Below, in pieces: positions 21,124 through 36,159 of a stretch of 64,000 bases of DNA. The notes beneath the pieces are model-generated. The model ran no database searches. It was not told where the DNA came from and was given only the letters and a program-made list of their open reading frames with translations. The DNA is from Basidiobolus meristosporus CBS 931.73 (Eukaryota > Fungi > Basidiobolomycota). Every line of letters starts with the position of its first letter. Within the stretch, counting starts at the first letter, position 1. Where the stretch lies: positions 1-64,000 of the forward strand of contig MCFE01000007.1 in NCBI GenBank assembly GCA_002104905.1, read 5' to 3'. Both the position numbers and the translations under genes were made by a program.

Positions 21124-24100
21124 CTAAGCAAGTGCGGATGTCAATGGGATTTTGCTTCCACTTGACGTCTGCGCGACGCTGACAATATCGGGAGGGAAAA
21201 GACTCTCTTCAGCATAATGAAAAGGATCGCAATTATCCAGAACAGGTAGCCAGCAGCTAGGAATACGTTGTGGCGTTAGCAGCTGTCGTTCCAAGCTTAT
21301 CAATCTGGGTTTCTTACCAGCCAAGACGTAGCTCAGAATAGTGAAGAAGAACTCTTGCAAGTAGCTGTTGCTTCGCGAATCAAGGATTCGTTGCATTTGA
21401 TCCTCCAATAATTTCAGCTGTAGATGGAGGTATCGGTTGAGTACTTGGGAGTTGTGATCAGTGGTTAGGCGCATACCTGATGATAATACTGATGGTCAAT
21501 GATTTCGCTGATTTTCTTGACCTCTTGATAGTTTGAGTGTATATCCTGACTAGTCCTGTGAGAAGCGTCAGGTCTTCTGGTTACTTTTTGATTAACCAGG
21601 GATGAGATACTAACTTCTTCTGAATATTGCTAACATTGGCTATGCGCTCCTCCATCCCCGTCAGCTTCTGGCGCATATCGGTGTACATATGCTCGAAGGT
21701 TTGACATTCGTCTTTAACGACCTTGGTTTTGGCCCAATTCTCTAGGAAGATAGAGCCGAGTCGTAGAGACGAGCTCCAAGTGCTCTTTACCGACGCTGGC
21801 GAAAGGTTGGATGACTCAGGGATCTTATAGCTAACTGATGATAAGGAGCGTGGACGAATAATGGGCGATACGGTGGGAGTTGCGGTATTCAAAGGGATAT
21901 CATCAGTTGTTTTGTTACCACGGTTAATGTATCGTTCAATGGTGTTGTATTTCTTTTTCCAGTCTCTCTATGGTTCATGTGAGGTTTAGCATTCGATTAA
22001 AGAACCAGGTAGCTAGCACGTATCAGTACCTCGAAATTCTCAATGTTGACCTTTGTGTACTTGATGTGTTGACTGCATTGATCAACAATTTGATCCATCC
22101 AGATCTTTCGGTAGAGGCTATTACTTGAGAGTTATTATATGCAACGGTTCGCAACGGTAGATAGTAACCAACCTGTTGTTCTCTCTTGCTGCAACGTTTA
22201 TCTTAGCAGTAACCATCTCAATCAATTTTGCGGGTGGTATAACTATACAGTTTGGTTAAAAATTGTTGGATCTTGAGGGCAGTGGGGACTAGTGAATAAC
22301 AACCTGTGGATTTGGAGACTGTCCCAGAAGCGGTTAGGTCATAATATTCCAGGTTCGATGCTGCACAAATATCAGTAATAATCCACAATTAGGCCAACTA
22401 AAGATGCCAACCTTGCTCTTCATCGGTGGCAATACTGAAGGTTTCTACGGGAGTATCTGTGAACTCATTTTCCTCGTTGATATTTGTTAGAACGGATTGA
22501 TCGCTAGCACTCTGTGCTGCTGTTTCGGGCTCCCTGGTGTCTAGGTGGTATTATCAGTAAGCGGCGATCGGTATCTGAATTGCAAAGCAACATGGCGTAA
22601 GTACCTGATATACTTTCCAATTGTTCCTCAGACCAGTCATTAGGAGATTGCAAATATTTCTGCACTAGTGAGGCGAGCTCAGTGGGAAGATCTCGAATAT
22701 CAATCAGGTTCTTGATGCCTTCTACAGGTAAATAGCTTTAGGACGGTATAAACAGGTTGGACCATCAATGGGTTTGGATACCTGAGTTCGATTGATTTTG
22801 ACTCTGATTCTGGTTTTGTGACTTGGCTTAATTGAAATGTATTCTAGTCACATCAATCACATAAGTATAACAGATTGCCAAATCAACTTTACCAGAATCC
22901 AGCTCTAGAGTGGATGCAGATGTTTTGACTTTTTATGGGTTAGCGACATGCTCAATAGAATGACAAACATGGTACATACTTTTCATCTTCTCGTTCAGCG
23001 CTTGCTCTTCTTTCAAATTAGGAGATTTCCCTACTGAGAGTAAACTATAAGCAGCAGGCTATGGTCAAGATTTTTACACCAAGTTCTCACCCTCAGCAAA
23101 GCTATGTTGACGTGAGTGGGATTGGGATGGAAGTCCACCAAGGAAGTACGGCGCCGTATCTCTTTCTGTAAACATGAAAGCAAAGTGTGAGCTAGTAATA
23201 ATGGCGAAGTTATGATTCACTCAATACCTTGACTACGCCTTAAATTGGAGAAATCGGCTGATGCTTTCTTGGTGGGTTTTTGAGAACTGCCCTCACTCTT
23301 ACCAGCCAGATTCTGAGAGTGTGTAGTAGTCGAAGAAGGCTCCAAACTTGCGGCTACAATCGTTGGTGCAGGTAAAGTTATAGGCGCACTGGGCGAAGAT
23401 GGCTCGATTGTAGTTGGCAGCTCTTCGACAGGAACGTAGTTGTGATTTCGCTCAGAAAACTTGATAGCTAGGCTTTCCTTTCGAGTCTACGACATCGCAG
23501 AAGCCATCAATGAGCATACAATCAAAAACACAAACTGCAATTTGAAATGCACGGTTAGCTTACCTTTTGTAATGGCTCACGATCGGGTTGACTATGGTCT
23601 GGGATATGAGTAAGGCTGCTAGTCTACGGTTTGGCCATTAATACGGCGGTGGCGTTTGAACTTCATCTTTAAGCTTGTATACCTTTGATATCATCGTAGA
23701 AGGCTCTGACATAGCTGATTCATCCAAACTAAACCTCCTACTTGGTTGCGCACTGGGCACATTTGTAAAATCTTGGTCCAAGGAGGGTCTAATTTTCTTT
23801 TGTGGCTGCTTGCCTTTCCGTCGAAAGATTCCACTACCCCAGGTCTTCTTGAACTTTGGTAATCTAAGAGAGGAGCTTTCTTTGATTTGGTGGCTCTGCT
23901 TTACAGAATCGTGCGGCTCGCTGTTGAAAGAGAATCGACTGGAAAGAGATAAACGGCGAATCTTCACATTCTCCCCATCAGAGATACTTTCTCTATTCTT
24001 GTGGGCCTTTATAGAGTCGCATTGTAGATAATAGCTAGACATCTCCGAGTTGTCAAATCCCCACCGACTACAAGTCCTGCTGATCGATATGTCAGGCAGA

Positions 24101-24894
24101 AATTCATCAGAACCTCTCTTTTTGTTGAATGAGTTGTCATCAAGGTTCGGGTCACTCATATCTTGCTCCATTTGATACTTGTTCTCTCTGTTTCGCACAA
24201 TATCCAAAGGGTTATAACACTCCTTGATAGCTATTAAATGAAAGATTTGGGCATATCGCTGGCTCATAAACTGTTTGTATTTATATGAGTTCTGCTGCGT
24301 AGCGTGTGAGGGTGTGAAAGCTTGCTCGACAGCAGAGATTCCTTAGAGTAATGGGGTGGTTAGTACTGAAGTGAACATTGCAATCATCCAAATTAGAGAA
24401 ATATGCAAGCCTCATACCTTCCCCACCCATACGGTCAGGCGTTTCTGCGTTAGTGTCTTTATTTGGAGAAGTCGCGTTGCTTTCCTCCTCCACGTTGGGG
24501 AATATCTCACGGACGTTGTTTTTGACTTTTCTATCGGTTTTTCTCTTTGTCAGGGTAGCGATTTTCAAAGCATCCTCAGATTTGACGCCCGCAATCAGAT
24601 CGCCGATACTTTCTATAGCATCATAGCAACAAAACCGTTTGGCGAACGTTACAAGAGAAAAGTAAAACGAGATGAAGAAATACCGGTGCTATGTCGATTG
24701 GCAGCGAAGCCTTTGACTGTTCGTTGTACCCATTCCTCTGAAAAACTTTCCAGCTTTTCTTGCTTTGAAGGGTGTGTGCTTTTATCGGGATGAAACTGGT
24801 TTGAATCGGGACTGCTAACGGAGCCTAAACTTGAAGAGAAAGCACGCCCTGGGTTCAGAGCTGAGGTGTTCTCCCCATCAAACTTAAAGCTCAT
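21124..24894 (-). CDS. Large multi-exon Ser-rich fungal protein with a YNPLDIVRNR motif (Mtc4-like motif, uncertain)
   Basis: Consecutive minus-strand ORFs joined by plausible GT-AG introns; family assignment is recalled from the motif only. Confidence 0.55.
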
Positions 24895-26045
24895 TTAAAA
24901 TGTAGAGGTAAGAGATGTGGATTTAGGTCAAGGAATATTACAATGCGCCTAGATGGAATTTACCATCTTTCACCTATAATGGAGCCAAGCGACGATACAT
25001 ATATGTTGATCCGAGGAAATTATCCTCGTGATCACCTCAGTCATTATTCCTCCGCAACTTTCACATCAGAATTCCGAGTGATTTGTATTTACAATATGTA
25101 CATGGTATCTAGCAGTCTGATGTTGACACTAAAAAAGATTTGTGGTCATTGTGTCTACTGATTTATGGACGGATTTCTTGAAGTGTGCATGCTTCATAAC
25201 CATTAACTATGTGAAGAATGCCCACTGTTTAAGCCATATTCATGTGACGATCCTATTATTTATTAATGCCAAAATGCTTAGCATCTAATTTAATGCATAC
25301 GCTTGTACTACATGAAGTGGCTTTAACCTTGAGAAGGCCATATTTCGGCATCGTGTAGACTCCTACATTGTTGTTGCTTGCCTATTCCATCACTAAGCAT
25401 CCTTTTAAAAAGGATTCATTTATCAACTTTGATTTACTAGCTTTTGCTGCAGCAATATTTCTCAGAGATGTTACGACCGTTTCTAAATGATATACATGTG
25501 TGTGCTAAGGTGGCTCAAGTGTATTCCTGACTGTATTTACGCAGTAAGCACGACGTATCCACTAATTGGCTAGATCTTCTCGACATTATAACACAGCGAG
25601 CTCTGGTAAAGATAGGTTAGGTGGTGGTGTTGACCACCAGCAAGACCACGAAGCTATTTTCTGCGCTTTCTAGCACAGCTCTGACTGACATTATGTCCAC
25701 ATTTCTATCTGATCGAATGACGCTCACCCTCAGTTAAAACCCAACAACAACAACTTGACCACCCATCTTTGTAGCGGTTATGCTCAAATGTTTGTTATTA
25801 TGGCCAGGTATCCAAGAGGAACACGGTGGAAAGTGAAGCAATAAAGGTGCGTTCAATATCTCGCCAATATCCCAAGGCCAAATTGTGCATGTGGTCTATG
25901 TATTTTTCCCAGGGTGTAACTGTAAAGAGTCTCTTTATTTCTTTTGGTTCAGTTACCACATTTTACACTGGACTCTACTAGATTGAGCAAAGCATTGTAC
26001 ATGAGATGCACAAGGTGGTGCCATCAAGAGAATGCTATGCGCAAA

Positions 26046-26915
26046 TTAGTACAATTTCAGGTGGCCAGTAACCTCATTAATGATCTCAACTGGGCCTATA
26101 GATGAAATTCAGAATATCAATATCGCACGAGAGCGCGAGTAGGAATATTGGCATGCTTACCTGGTCCTATAGCCAAAACAGTTCTAGATCCAGCAGCAAT
26201 TTGAGTTCTACCAGCATCCTGAATGCTGCGGGCGCAAAGACCCATACTTCTGGCCTTCTTCTGAAGCTCAAGCCTGGATGATTTCGTTGCTTAGTGTTTG
26301 CTCGATTTGGAACTGTGAGCATAAGTATTCCTTACATCTCGCCTTCGTTGTCACACTTCAGGGTGATCTTCGCTTGTCCAGAGTATTCCCAGTTTCTCAA
26401 TATCTGTTGGCGATTGCTTGTTTAGCCCATGAACCTGAACTAGTTGTTGCTGGATAAAGGAAATACCTCGGGAGACTTCTTAAGAGCCTCCTTATAAACA
26501 GCGAGAGTCGCGTGAGAGCACTTTATAAAGAAAAGAATATCGATCAAAAACCTCACAATTGTATGGCCTAGAGATCATGCGTGTTACCTGTGCGGCTACC
26601 TTTCCTTTACCCATTCCCAAATCCGTACGAATGACAAGAACCTACTTCCAAGTTAATACCTTCATCTTACGATCGAATCATAAGAATATTACCATTTTGA
26701 AGTCATCGTATTTCTCTGCGTCGATCTGTGGTTCAGCCTTTTCTTTCTTCTCAAAGTTCTAAGAGACACGTTAGTACCTGGTGTTGGGTCACCGAAGGTA
26801 AAATCACGCTTACAGGAGCTACGCAGCATGAATCATTGCTGCCTCGGAGTAGATAACCACCAACTGCACCAAGGATAAGTGCGGAGACGACTTGAATGGT
26901 AGGAAAGCCAGACAT
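26046..26915 (-). CDS. PTH2: Peptidyl-tRNA hydrolase 2 (six small exons; absent from the ORF track)
   Basis: Spliced translation MSGFPTIQVVSALILG...KM|VLVIRTDLGMGKGKVAAQ|CSHATL...WEYSGQAKITLK...IQDAGRTQIAAGSRTVLAIGP|GPVEIINEVTGHLKLY*. Confidence 0.93.
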
Positions 26916-27851
26916 ATTAGTAAAGACTAGTTAGCTGAGAGCAGTGTCCAAGCAATATTAAAAGATCAGATGATTCCAGTATGAGTACTATCAAAAAAAA
27001 GTCTTCTTGAATCAATATTATGAAAATAAATTGTTCAAGACAATCAGTATCAACTATGGTCTCGGAACCAAAGCTGGAGAAATATGAATATTTTATGTAT
27101 ATAAATAGCCAGGCACTGCTATATGATGCCTGAATAGTAAGCTCAAATTGAGTCTGTGAGAGGAGGTATCCAACATCCTAGACTATCTAATAGCTGGGGC
27201 GAGCTGAATCGCGCAGGGAAACTAGCTGTAAATAGCAACTATACATCTGAATACTCTCGCCTAAATGGAAACAATGTATATTATGTCAAATATAGATAGC
27301 AAAAGTTATACATAAAGCTTCTATGTCTGAAAGACGATACATGAACACAGTTCAGCTACATGCGTCAAAAATCACAAGGACAACTCCACAGATAGATCGA
27401 TTTTTTACACAAGCTTTTATCCAATAAGCTGAGCTCAGCCGTGTTCTACTTTACTCCACGTTCTGACCTATTATTGAGTTGACTCACTCCATACATTTAC
27501 AACTCAACAACGGGTATTCATTAATTGCGTAGTTGTTGCTGTTGATATCCGAACGTGTCTGCGTAAGTGCTTCAAATCCACCCCACCCATACGATTTTTC
27601 ACTCATGAGTGTGATGAATACCTGTGAACAGCCATCGATTTCCTATGAATTTCTCTTGAATGTAATATATTCATACGCAAATAAACATATGATACATTGA
27701 AGCAATCCCGGTATCTTGGAAATCACAGGAGACAACATATACTAGACATTGACAATACATATATTCATAGATATAGTAAGATACATCCTTGAGAAGGTTA
27801 TACATGGCAGTTGGGCCTTCATATTTCAAGCTTTCGATAGATACCGCCTGA

Positions 27852-28163
27852 TCAGTTTTCACGAACAAGATCATCCCAGAGCTGCTCATCAATAGCGGTG
27901 GCATTAAGTGTATGAGGTGTGGAGCTTTGGATGTGCGATTGAATCCCGGGTGACGCCCAGTCTTCATCGGAAGAAGTTTGGAGGACATGTGAAAGGAAAT
28001 TATGATGAGCAGATTCGATTACATGATCTTCCGACTCGGTTGCAGGCACACGGGAAATGCTGGAGTATTTAAAGCGGTTGAGTGCGAGGGAGGCCGAAGG
28101 CAACACCTTAAGGCGAGTGTTGGTGATTGCAAATGTGCGGACAGAAAGAGGGAGGAAGTTCAT
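27852..28163 (-). CDS. Small hypothetical protein with a mitochondrial-presequence-like N-terminus, paralog 1 (103 aa)
   Basis: Shares HHNxLxxxLxxSSxEDWxSxxIQxH and LWDDL with 29048-29335. Confidence 0.7.
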   Translation of the reverse strand: MNFLPLSVRTFAITNTRLKVLPSASLALNRFKYSSISRVPATESEDHVIESAHHNFLSHVLQTSSDEDWASPGIQSHIQSSTPHTLNATAIDEQLWDDLVREN

Positions 28164-29047
28164 ATCGTTAGATCGAACACTACTGACAAGAGTGGAATCC
28201 GTGAGGCTCAGTGCATTTATATGAAGGCAAACCAGAGCTGGTTTACAATAGGGTGTTATACCTTAAGATAGGGGTTGGCATGAATTTCACATTCTGATCC
28301 AATCCGAGGATCAGCCGTGAGAGACAAGGTTATATCCAACAATAACAGTCCTATGGTATGGTAAAACCCTGTGGTACGTATACAGCAAACTTATGCATGA
28401 TAAGTAGAATACGGTTTCAAGACAGAAAATCATTATCAACCATAGGAATTACATCGCAGACACAGTTGGTTATACGCAGTGGCATCTCAAGAAACCCTGA
28501 CGTATCCATGGATATTTGCATACATGGCATGTGGAACCAGAAAACCAGGCGCAGTTAATTAGCATTATATATGGCGAGATAACCCGTTGCTCATATCTAA
28601 AGGGTATTCATCACCTCCAGGTGACTCCAACCCATATGTATGCAGTATAATTTCACCATGTGAACATTGGACGGTACACATCAGCTCTGCATCACGCTAA
28701 CTACTACAGCTTGAACCTGACTCAAGAATGAAGTGGCCAGGACGTATTTGTGTTGTCAACATGTTAAGTGCAATTTGAATTGCTTTGATCATAGGGAAGG
28801 TACCTAGTGTTCTCATTTCCGAATATTTAGCCAGGAGCTGTCAACACTGGTTTTATTAGGATAGGTTCCCATGCATTTTCCGAGATTCACACTCAGTTGC
28901 ATTTCAGTAAAACGGCTCATGTAGGGTTTAGTAAACTAAACATCTGGAGGGATCTCGTTATAAGTGCTATCCATGCAGGGACATGAAGTGCCCACATCTT
29001 GAACTAAGAGCAAGATCACTACCCATCGTGTGCCACCCCATTTTGCC

Positions 29048-29335
29048 TCAATCTTGAATAAGATCATCCCATAGAGCGTCTTGAGAAAGGTTCATCGGCG
29101 CCAGTGTGGGTGCAGATACTAAGTGGTTTTGAATCACTTGTGAACTCCAGTCTTCTTCGGAAGACTCCCTCAAAATATCAACAAGATAGTTATGATGTTC
29201 TTGCTCATATGAAATACGCTCGACATCCTCACTTGAGCTTGGTGATATGCTGGTATATAGGCGTGCAAATGGGCTGGAGGAAACGGGGCGGAGATTCTTC
29301 AAAAGAGAAAATTGCTTGGCGGAGCGAAGGAGCAT
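29048..29335 (-). CDS. Small hypothetical protein with a mitochondrial-presequence-like N-terminus, paralog 2 (95 aa)
   Basis: Arg/Ser/Leu-rich N-terminus lacking acidic residues; conserved acidic C-terminal block shared with paralog 1. Confidence 0.7.
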   Translation of the reverse strand: MLLRSAKQFSLLKNLRPVSSSPFARLYTSISPSSSEDVERISYEQEHHNYLVDILRESSEEDWSSQVIQNHLVSAPTLAPMNLSQDALWDDLIQD

Positions 29336-30324
29336 GGTTGTTTGTTACCGTTTTGATATTTCTTGACGAACGTACTTTCTCGTGATCGTAGGATAGCTTC
29401 TTTTATAGGTTATGGAATGTAAGCTGGTCGTGGGACGGTATCATATGATATCTGTATGGATTGTTGGATGAAACAGCAATGTCGTAGATACCACAATGTC
29501 AGAGGTGGGGCGTATCTCATCAACCTTATCTCATATCCAATATTGGTTACAGTTCTCACAATTGTCAAACGTATCCCTATATTTATTGATACGATATATC
29601 AAACCCACCTATCCGGCATAATATAAACCACCAGATGCCCAGCTTTGCTGTATCTTCTTCTAAGCCATCATTTTGTATTCGCAATGCTACTTTATCGTGC
29701 ATTTCGATGCAATCTAGCCTTCTTGCTCCGAGAACTTCCGTTCCCCATGATATTAGCGAATTTCGCCGATACCAAATTATTCCGATACCCATAATCAAGT
29801 GCAATATCCGTATTACATGTTTCATACAAGCAGCCTGAAGCTGCCCGTGTCGATTCTACCCCAACTACGGGAGTGGAATCTCACTTGTAATTAGAATTTG
29901 ACTAGTACTTCAGCTATTCTAAACCACAAATAGCTCCTGCATTGGAGCATTGATGTTGACTGATGTGTAATACTTCAGTATGGAATAACATTCTGGAAAT
30001 TGTACATCCCATGGCATCCGGAAAACCACCCGAACCTTAACCTAATTTCGCTTCTGAAAGTTTAACGTTGGCATTTATGTCTAGCTAGAGATGGTTGGTT
30101 GGCAATTATCGGTCGATATCTGCTTCTAACAGATGAAAAGCCGAAGGATAATGCCATTTCGCTCCAAATTGCTGGAATATTCTGTATTGTCTGATTTTTT
30201 TACAAGCTGTGGAGACCCATACACGTGATGCTGCAAGATTTCGAGAAATTTCAACACACAGAGATGACACATTGCAGCTCTTCCCGGATAACCTTTACCA
30301 CGTCAGCCAGTAACTTCCTCAACC

Positions 30325-30993
30325 ATGAACGGAGAAGCGCTTTTGTTTTTATTCGCACTCGTATTGGCGGCCCTTCTTCTCTTCGGAATGGTCTTCTATG
30401 TATCTTTTTTGTATTTCCACTGCAAGCATTCATCAAAAACACCAAGGCTCGATTTTCCCTTCATCATATTGACATTAGGTTATCATGTTGACTGATCTAG
30501 AAAGTGACTACATTAACCCAATCGACCTGTGCAACAAACTCAATCAGGTATTCTTACACTGTCTACTCGCCTATCTCGTACTAGAACATGCTAACAAAGT
30601 CATCTTAGTTTGTGATTCCTGAGTACCTCGTCGAATATCTTATTTTCGCCGCTCTTTTCTTGAACGGTAGCTGGATAGCCATGCTCATTAATGTACCCAT
30701 CGTCGCCTTCAATACCAGACAGTATGCTCTTGCTTCAGCATCTTCGGTGCCAAACCGTTACTAAAGCCTCTTGATAGATTGCTTGGCGGCAAACATAGAT
30801 ATGATGCTACTGAGATCTTCCGAACCCTCCCCAATCACAAAAAAGAGTCGTTCATCAAGATGGGCTTTTACCTACTGTGCTTCTTCTATTACCTCTATAG
30901 GTTAGTACCATCATGCCGCCCTATCCGGGATAGCTCGTGCTCAAACAACCTCATTTTTTTAGAATGATTCTCGGCCTTGTCAACGATAACTAA
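30325..30993 (+). CDS. ERV14: Cornichon-family ER cargo receptor (five exons)
   Basis: MVFY|IIMLTDLESDYINPIDLCNKLNQ|FVIPEY...|YDATEIFRTLPNHKKESFIKMGFYLLCFFYYLY|MILGLVNDN*. Confidence 0.92.
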
Positions 30994-31386
30994 GTCTAAT
31001 AGAGAATGTACTGAGTATTCGTAACCTACATTTTCCGTGCAACTCTCTGATTACCGGAAATGGTCCAGTTGATTAGGTTATCACTGTATTTCAGAGTAAA
31101 TGGTCTAGTAATTTCACACAAAGTAGATCTTATTAAAACAAATGCATTCAACTATTCCATCCACATGTCTCCTGCGACGAAATACACTTGTAGACTCAAT
31201 ATATAGTTAGTCGCCGTACATGGGGAGTCGAGTCTACAGAGTCTTCCATCGAAATGATCGAGTAGGAATGGAAACAGTAATTTATTTGGTTTACATGTAG
31301 GTGAGTTAGGTTGCTGTGTGTTTGTGGATTCGGCCATAGGAAATTACTACGACCGCACGAATGAAGAGCAATTCGAAGCAGCCCCT

Positions 31387-31697
31387 TTAATTCTTGGTTT
31401 CCTCGCTTTCAGCAGCTCTAATGAATTCGTTTATGAAATCTTCCTCGTCAACAGTGGTGTCGACGGTAGGTAAAGGCTTCTCAGCGATGGGGGTTGCGGA
31501 TTGATTGGAGCCAGTATACTTGGTAGCAGCGTAAACGCCAGCACCTAAGCCAACAAGAGTACCTATGGCAAGCTTTGATGCATAGAGGCGTAAGAAACCT
31601 GCGTGTCAAGCAAATAAAGCCTTATGGCTATGGTAGATGGGGTACTTACGTATTCGTTCAGGATCTTCTTACCAGCGATAACGTAGTAACCACCCAT
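31387..31697 (-). CDS. ATP19: ATP synthase subunit k-like small protein (two exons; absent from the ORF track)
   Basis: MGGYYVIAGKKILNEY|LAIGTLVGLGAGVYAA...DEEDFINEFIRAAESEETKN*: one TM helix plus an EEDFIxEF motif. Confidence 0.78.
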
Positions 31698-32253
31698 ATT
31701 GTATCAAGGAATTTCTCAAAGGTTAGTTCTTGGACGACAAGTATATCTCGCCTACAAAACTGGTAGCTATCTGATCCGGGGTGTATTTTGGGGGGTATCG
31801 GGGAATCAAGTGAATGGAAATTTGGGGAAACCATCGGAGGTATCAAACACATAAATCCTTTTACCCCAAACCCCAAAATCACCTCGTAAGTACTAACTTC
31901 TGCGCTGATGAAAGTTGCTTCTTTAGCGACCCACGCTCTCAATCCAGTTGGGGTGGGGATGGTATATATGTAGGGCTATTTCTTGAAGCAATTAGAATGG
32001 TTGTTTTGAAAGTTTCTATGATGCTGAAGCTCGGAATGTTCATTTGCGGATAACACCCAACCATTACTGATATACAATGATCTAAGCTTATTAATCCGAA
32101 GTTACTAATTTCGTTGATTACATATTTTGATTGTAAATAAATTCCGGAAATTGCGTGTCTAAAATGGAATTAGTAAGCAATCTATGGTGTACTATTAGTA
32201 GGTTTGTGAAAAATTTAGATTGGTTTCAAATTTAAAAGAAACAAGATAGATAA

Positions 32254-33875
<1,622 letters not shown>

Positions 33876-34303
33876 GTATCTTCTACACAGAAAGAAGTAT
33901 GCTCCGTTCTATCCGCCAATTCTTATGCATCTAATGTTAACATTTCCAATAAAGACAACATAATTGTATCTATCTCCTTTGTGCGGTGAGGCAAAAATGA
34001 AGTACAGAGCGGACTGTCATTTGTCATGGAGCTAGCTTCGTGAGGTTGGGTAAAGCCTCGATAGTTCTTACGAGTTAGTATGAGAGAATGATTTCCTTGT
34101 CTGAGTTTTATATGCGTTGCAATCTTATGCTGAGAATGGGAGCGGGTGGTACTTCCTAACATGTTACATTTATTGCATAAAAGATAGAGTTGAAGCGTGA
34201 TTCAGTATTCTAAGAGGTTGATATATAACATGCGAGGTGAATTTGTCATAGCTGGTATTTTGGTAATATCGGAATGATGGGTTGTTTTGATAAAATATTT
34301 TGA

Positions 34304-36159
34304 CTATGTGCGACGATGCATCACTGAGAGTATTTCCTGAGTGGGCGATCTCCCATGGGACTGGTCAAAGGAGCTCAAGATGGATGAAGGGGATTCAATG
34401 AGATATTTCTCTTCAATCGACTTGACCCAGTGTTCGGCTTCTTCATTATTTTTCCTTTCAATTGACCGCGGTGGCACTTTGGGGGATAGAGTTTGTCCTG
34501 TCTCCCATTTGGTCATAATAATGCATAGTGTAAGCAGAGTGTGCTCGTAGAACTCGATTAGCTTTAGGATTTGCATATCGATCTTGAAGAGATGAGTTCT
34601 ATGGTTGGTGATGGCCCCTCGTTCGAAGAGTTTCATGTTGCGAGGGTCGTTGACAAGCACATTGTGCCAAACACCTGCGTTTAGTTGCTGGTCAATTGGG
34701 TCGAAGATCTTTTTGTGTAGCACCAGGTGAAGGTGCATTGGGTGATGAACTGGTGGCATCTGAGAGACCAGTGAGAGAAGGCCGTTGTTTTCCCAGAATT
34801 TCTCCGAAGGATCTTTCAGGATATCACCGACAGTGTAGGAATCGAACTGTTGGCGACCTAGGAAAAATCCAGGAACCATGGACCACAAATGGGTAACACG
34901 AGGCTACAAGTAAGATAATTTGTTATCAACGAAGGATTCAAGAGATGGCCGATAATCTGGTCTTACAAAGTGTCTTCCAGTAATTCTAGAGCGAAGCGAG
35001 GTGGAGATGGCATAGTTGATATATAGGCATTTAGGGTCTAAGTGGTATAGAGTCGAGGTGCGATTAGAGCCTTCAACCGAATAATCGTAAATCCAGTTAT
35101 CCTCGAAGCTTGAGAAAGCGCTCCGTGCAAAAAGTGCACACCAAAAGGAGCCACCTTTCCTTCGAGATAAATCCCAGCGATCATTCAGTTGAAATGGTAG
35201 AAGACTGTTCAGCCAGACCCAATCCAACCAGCAAACAAGGTGCACAAATACCAGAAAGAGTTGGAGTAAACTAAATGGGTGCACGATGATTCTGGTTCCC
35301 GGGATTAGTCCGAACAGATAGTTGAGGGTTGAGCCTCTATGCGAACCAGATATAGATACTATTGCTTTGATCCAGCGAGCATTGGTGTTACATTTGAAAT
35401 AGTCAATGGCAAGGAGGTATTGCAGGTAAGAGCAGGTTTGCACTCCATAATCCTTGCCTGTGAGTGAATGTTAACATCTGGCGCAGAAAATCCAGCACAA
35501 AAGGAGAAGCTCGAAACAATACCTATGAGCACGACTGGGTGTTTTTCATCCCAAAGGCGATGGTGACCAGGATAGCTTGAGCCGTATTGCGAATGGCAGA
35601 ATTTTCGAGAGTGTTCCTTTCCATAATCCTATGTTGAAGAATAAGTAAAGCGCCAATAACCTAATTGCTACCTACAGACATACCACTAGGCCTCCTTTAA
35701 GTTGATAGAAAATCTGGCAAGCCCTATCTGAGTATGAAGTCAGTATTGATCTTGTAGAGCGCTTGTATGCTATCAGCTATATCAAATACCATGTAAAGAC
35801 TAGAAGAGAATGTTCGGTTAGTAAAACCCACTGGAAGAAAGAGTTATTATACGTACCCCGATGGAGCTAGGTTCAAGGGGGATGGCTTCTGGTAGGGCCA
35901 TACGTATATCCGACCAGTAGTCCAGCAAGGTAAACTCCGAATCCTTGGTAAAGGGGTTTTTGATCTTGCATTTGCTGTAGCTGAATAACCCAGGGACCAG
36001 AAATATGTTGTCTTTATTGGGTCCGTCAAGTATTATGCGCTCCGTAGAGCCACAGACTGCAACATCAGAGTTTTCGAGATGGGTACCTTGACGGTTCTTT
36101 TGTCGAAAGGTATTGGTCTGTAACAGGTGATTAACTCTATTACTCACGTAGTCAAACAT
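34304..36159 (-). CDS. Alpha/beta-hydrolase resembling bacterial family I.5/I.6-type lipases, with altered catalytic residues
   Basis: IFLVPGLF, S-SIYDRACEIFYQL, WDEKHPVVLIG|KDYGVQTCSYLQYLL, WIKAIVSISGSHRGST and WENNGLLSLVSQMPP. Confidence 0.72.

Noticed and set aside
21124-24894. Mtc4 ('telomere capping')-like gene near a putative telomere
   Set aside because: The assignment rests on one short recalled motif, and its position ~16 kb from the array is uninformative.
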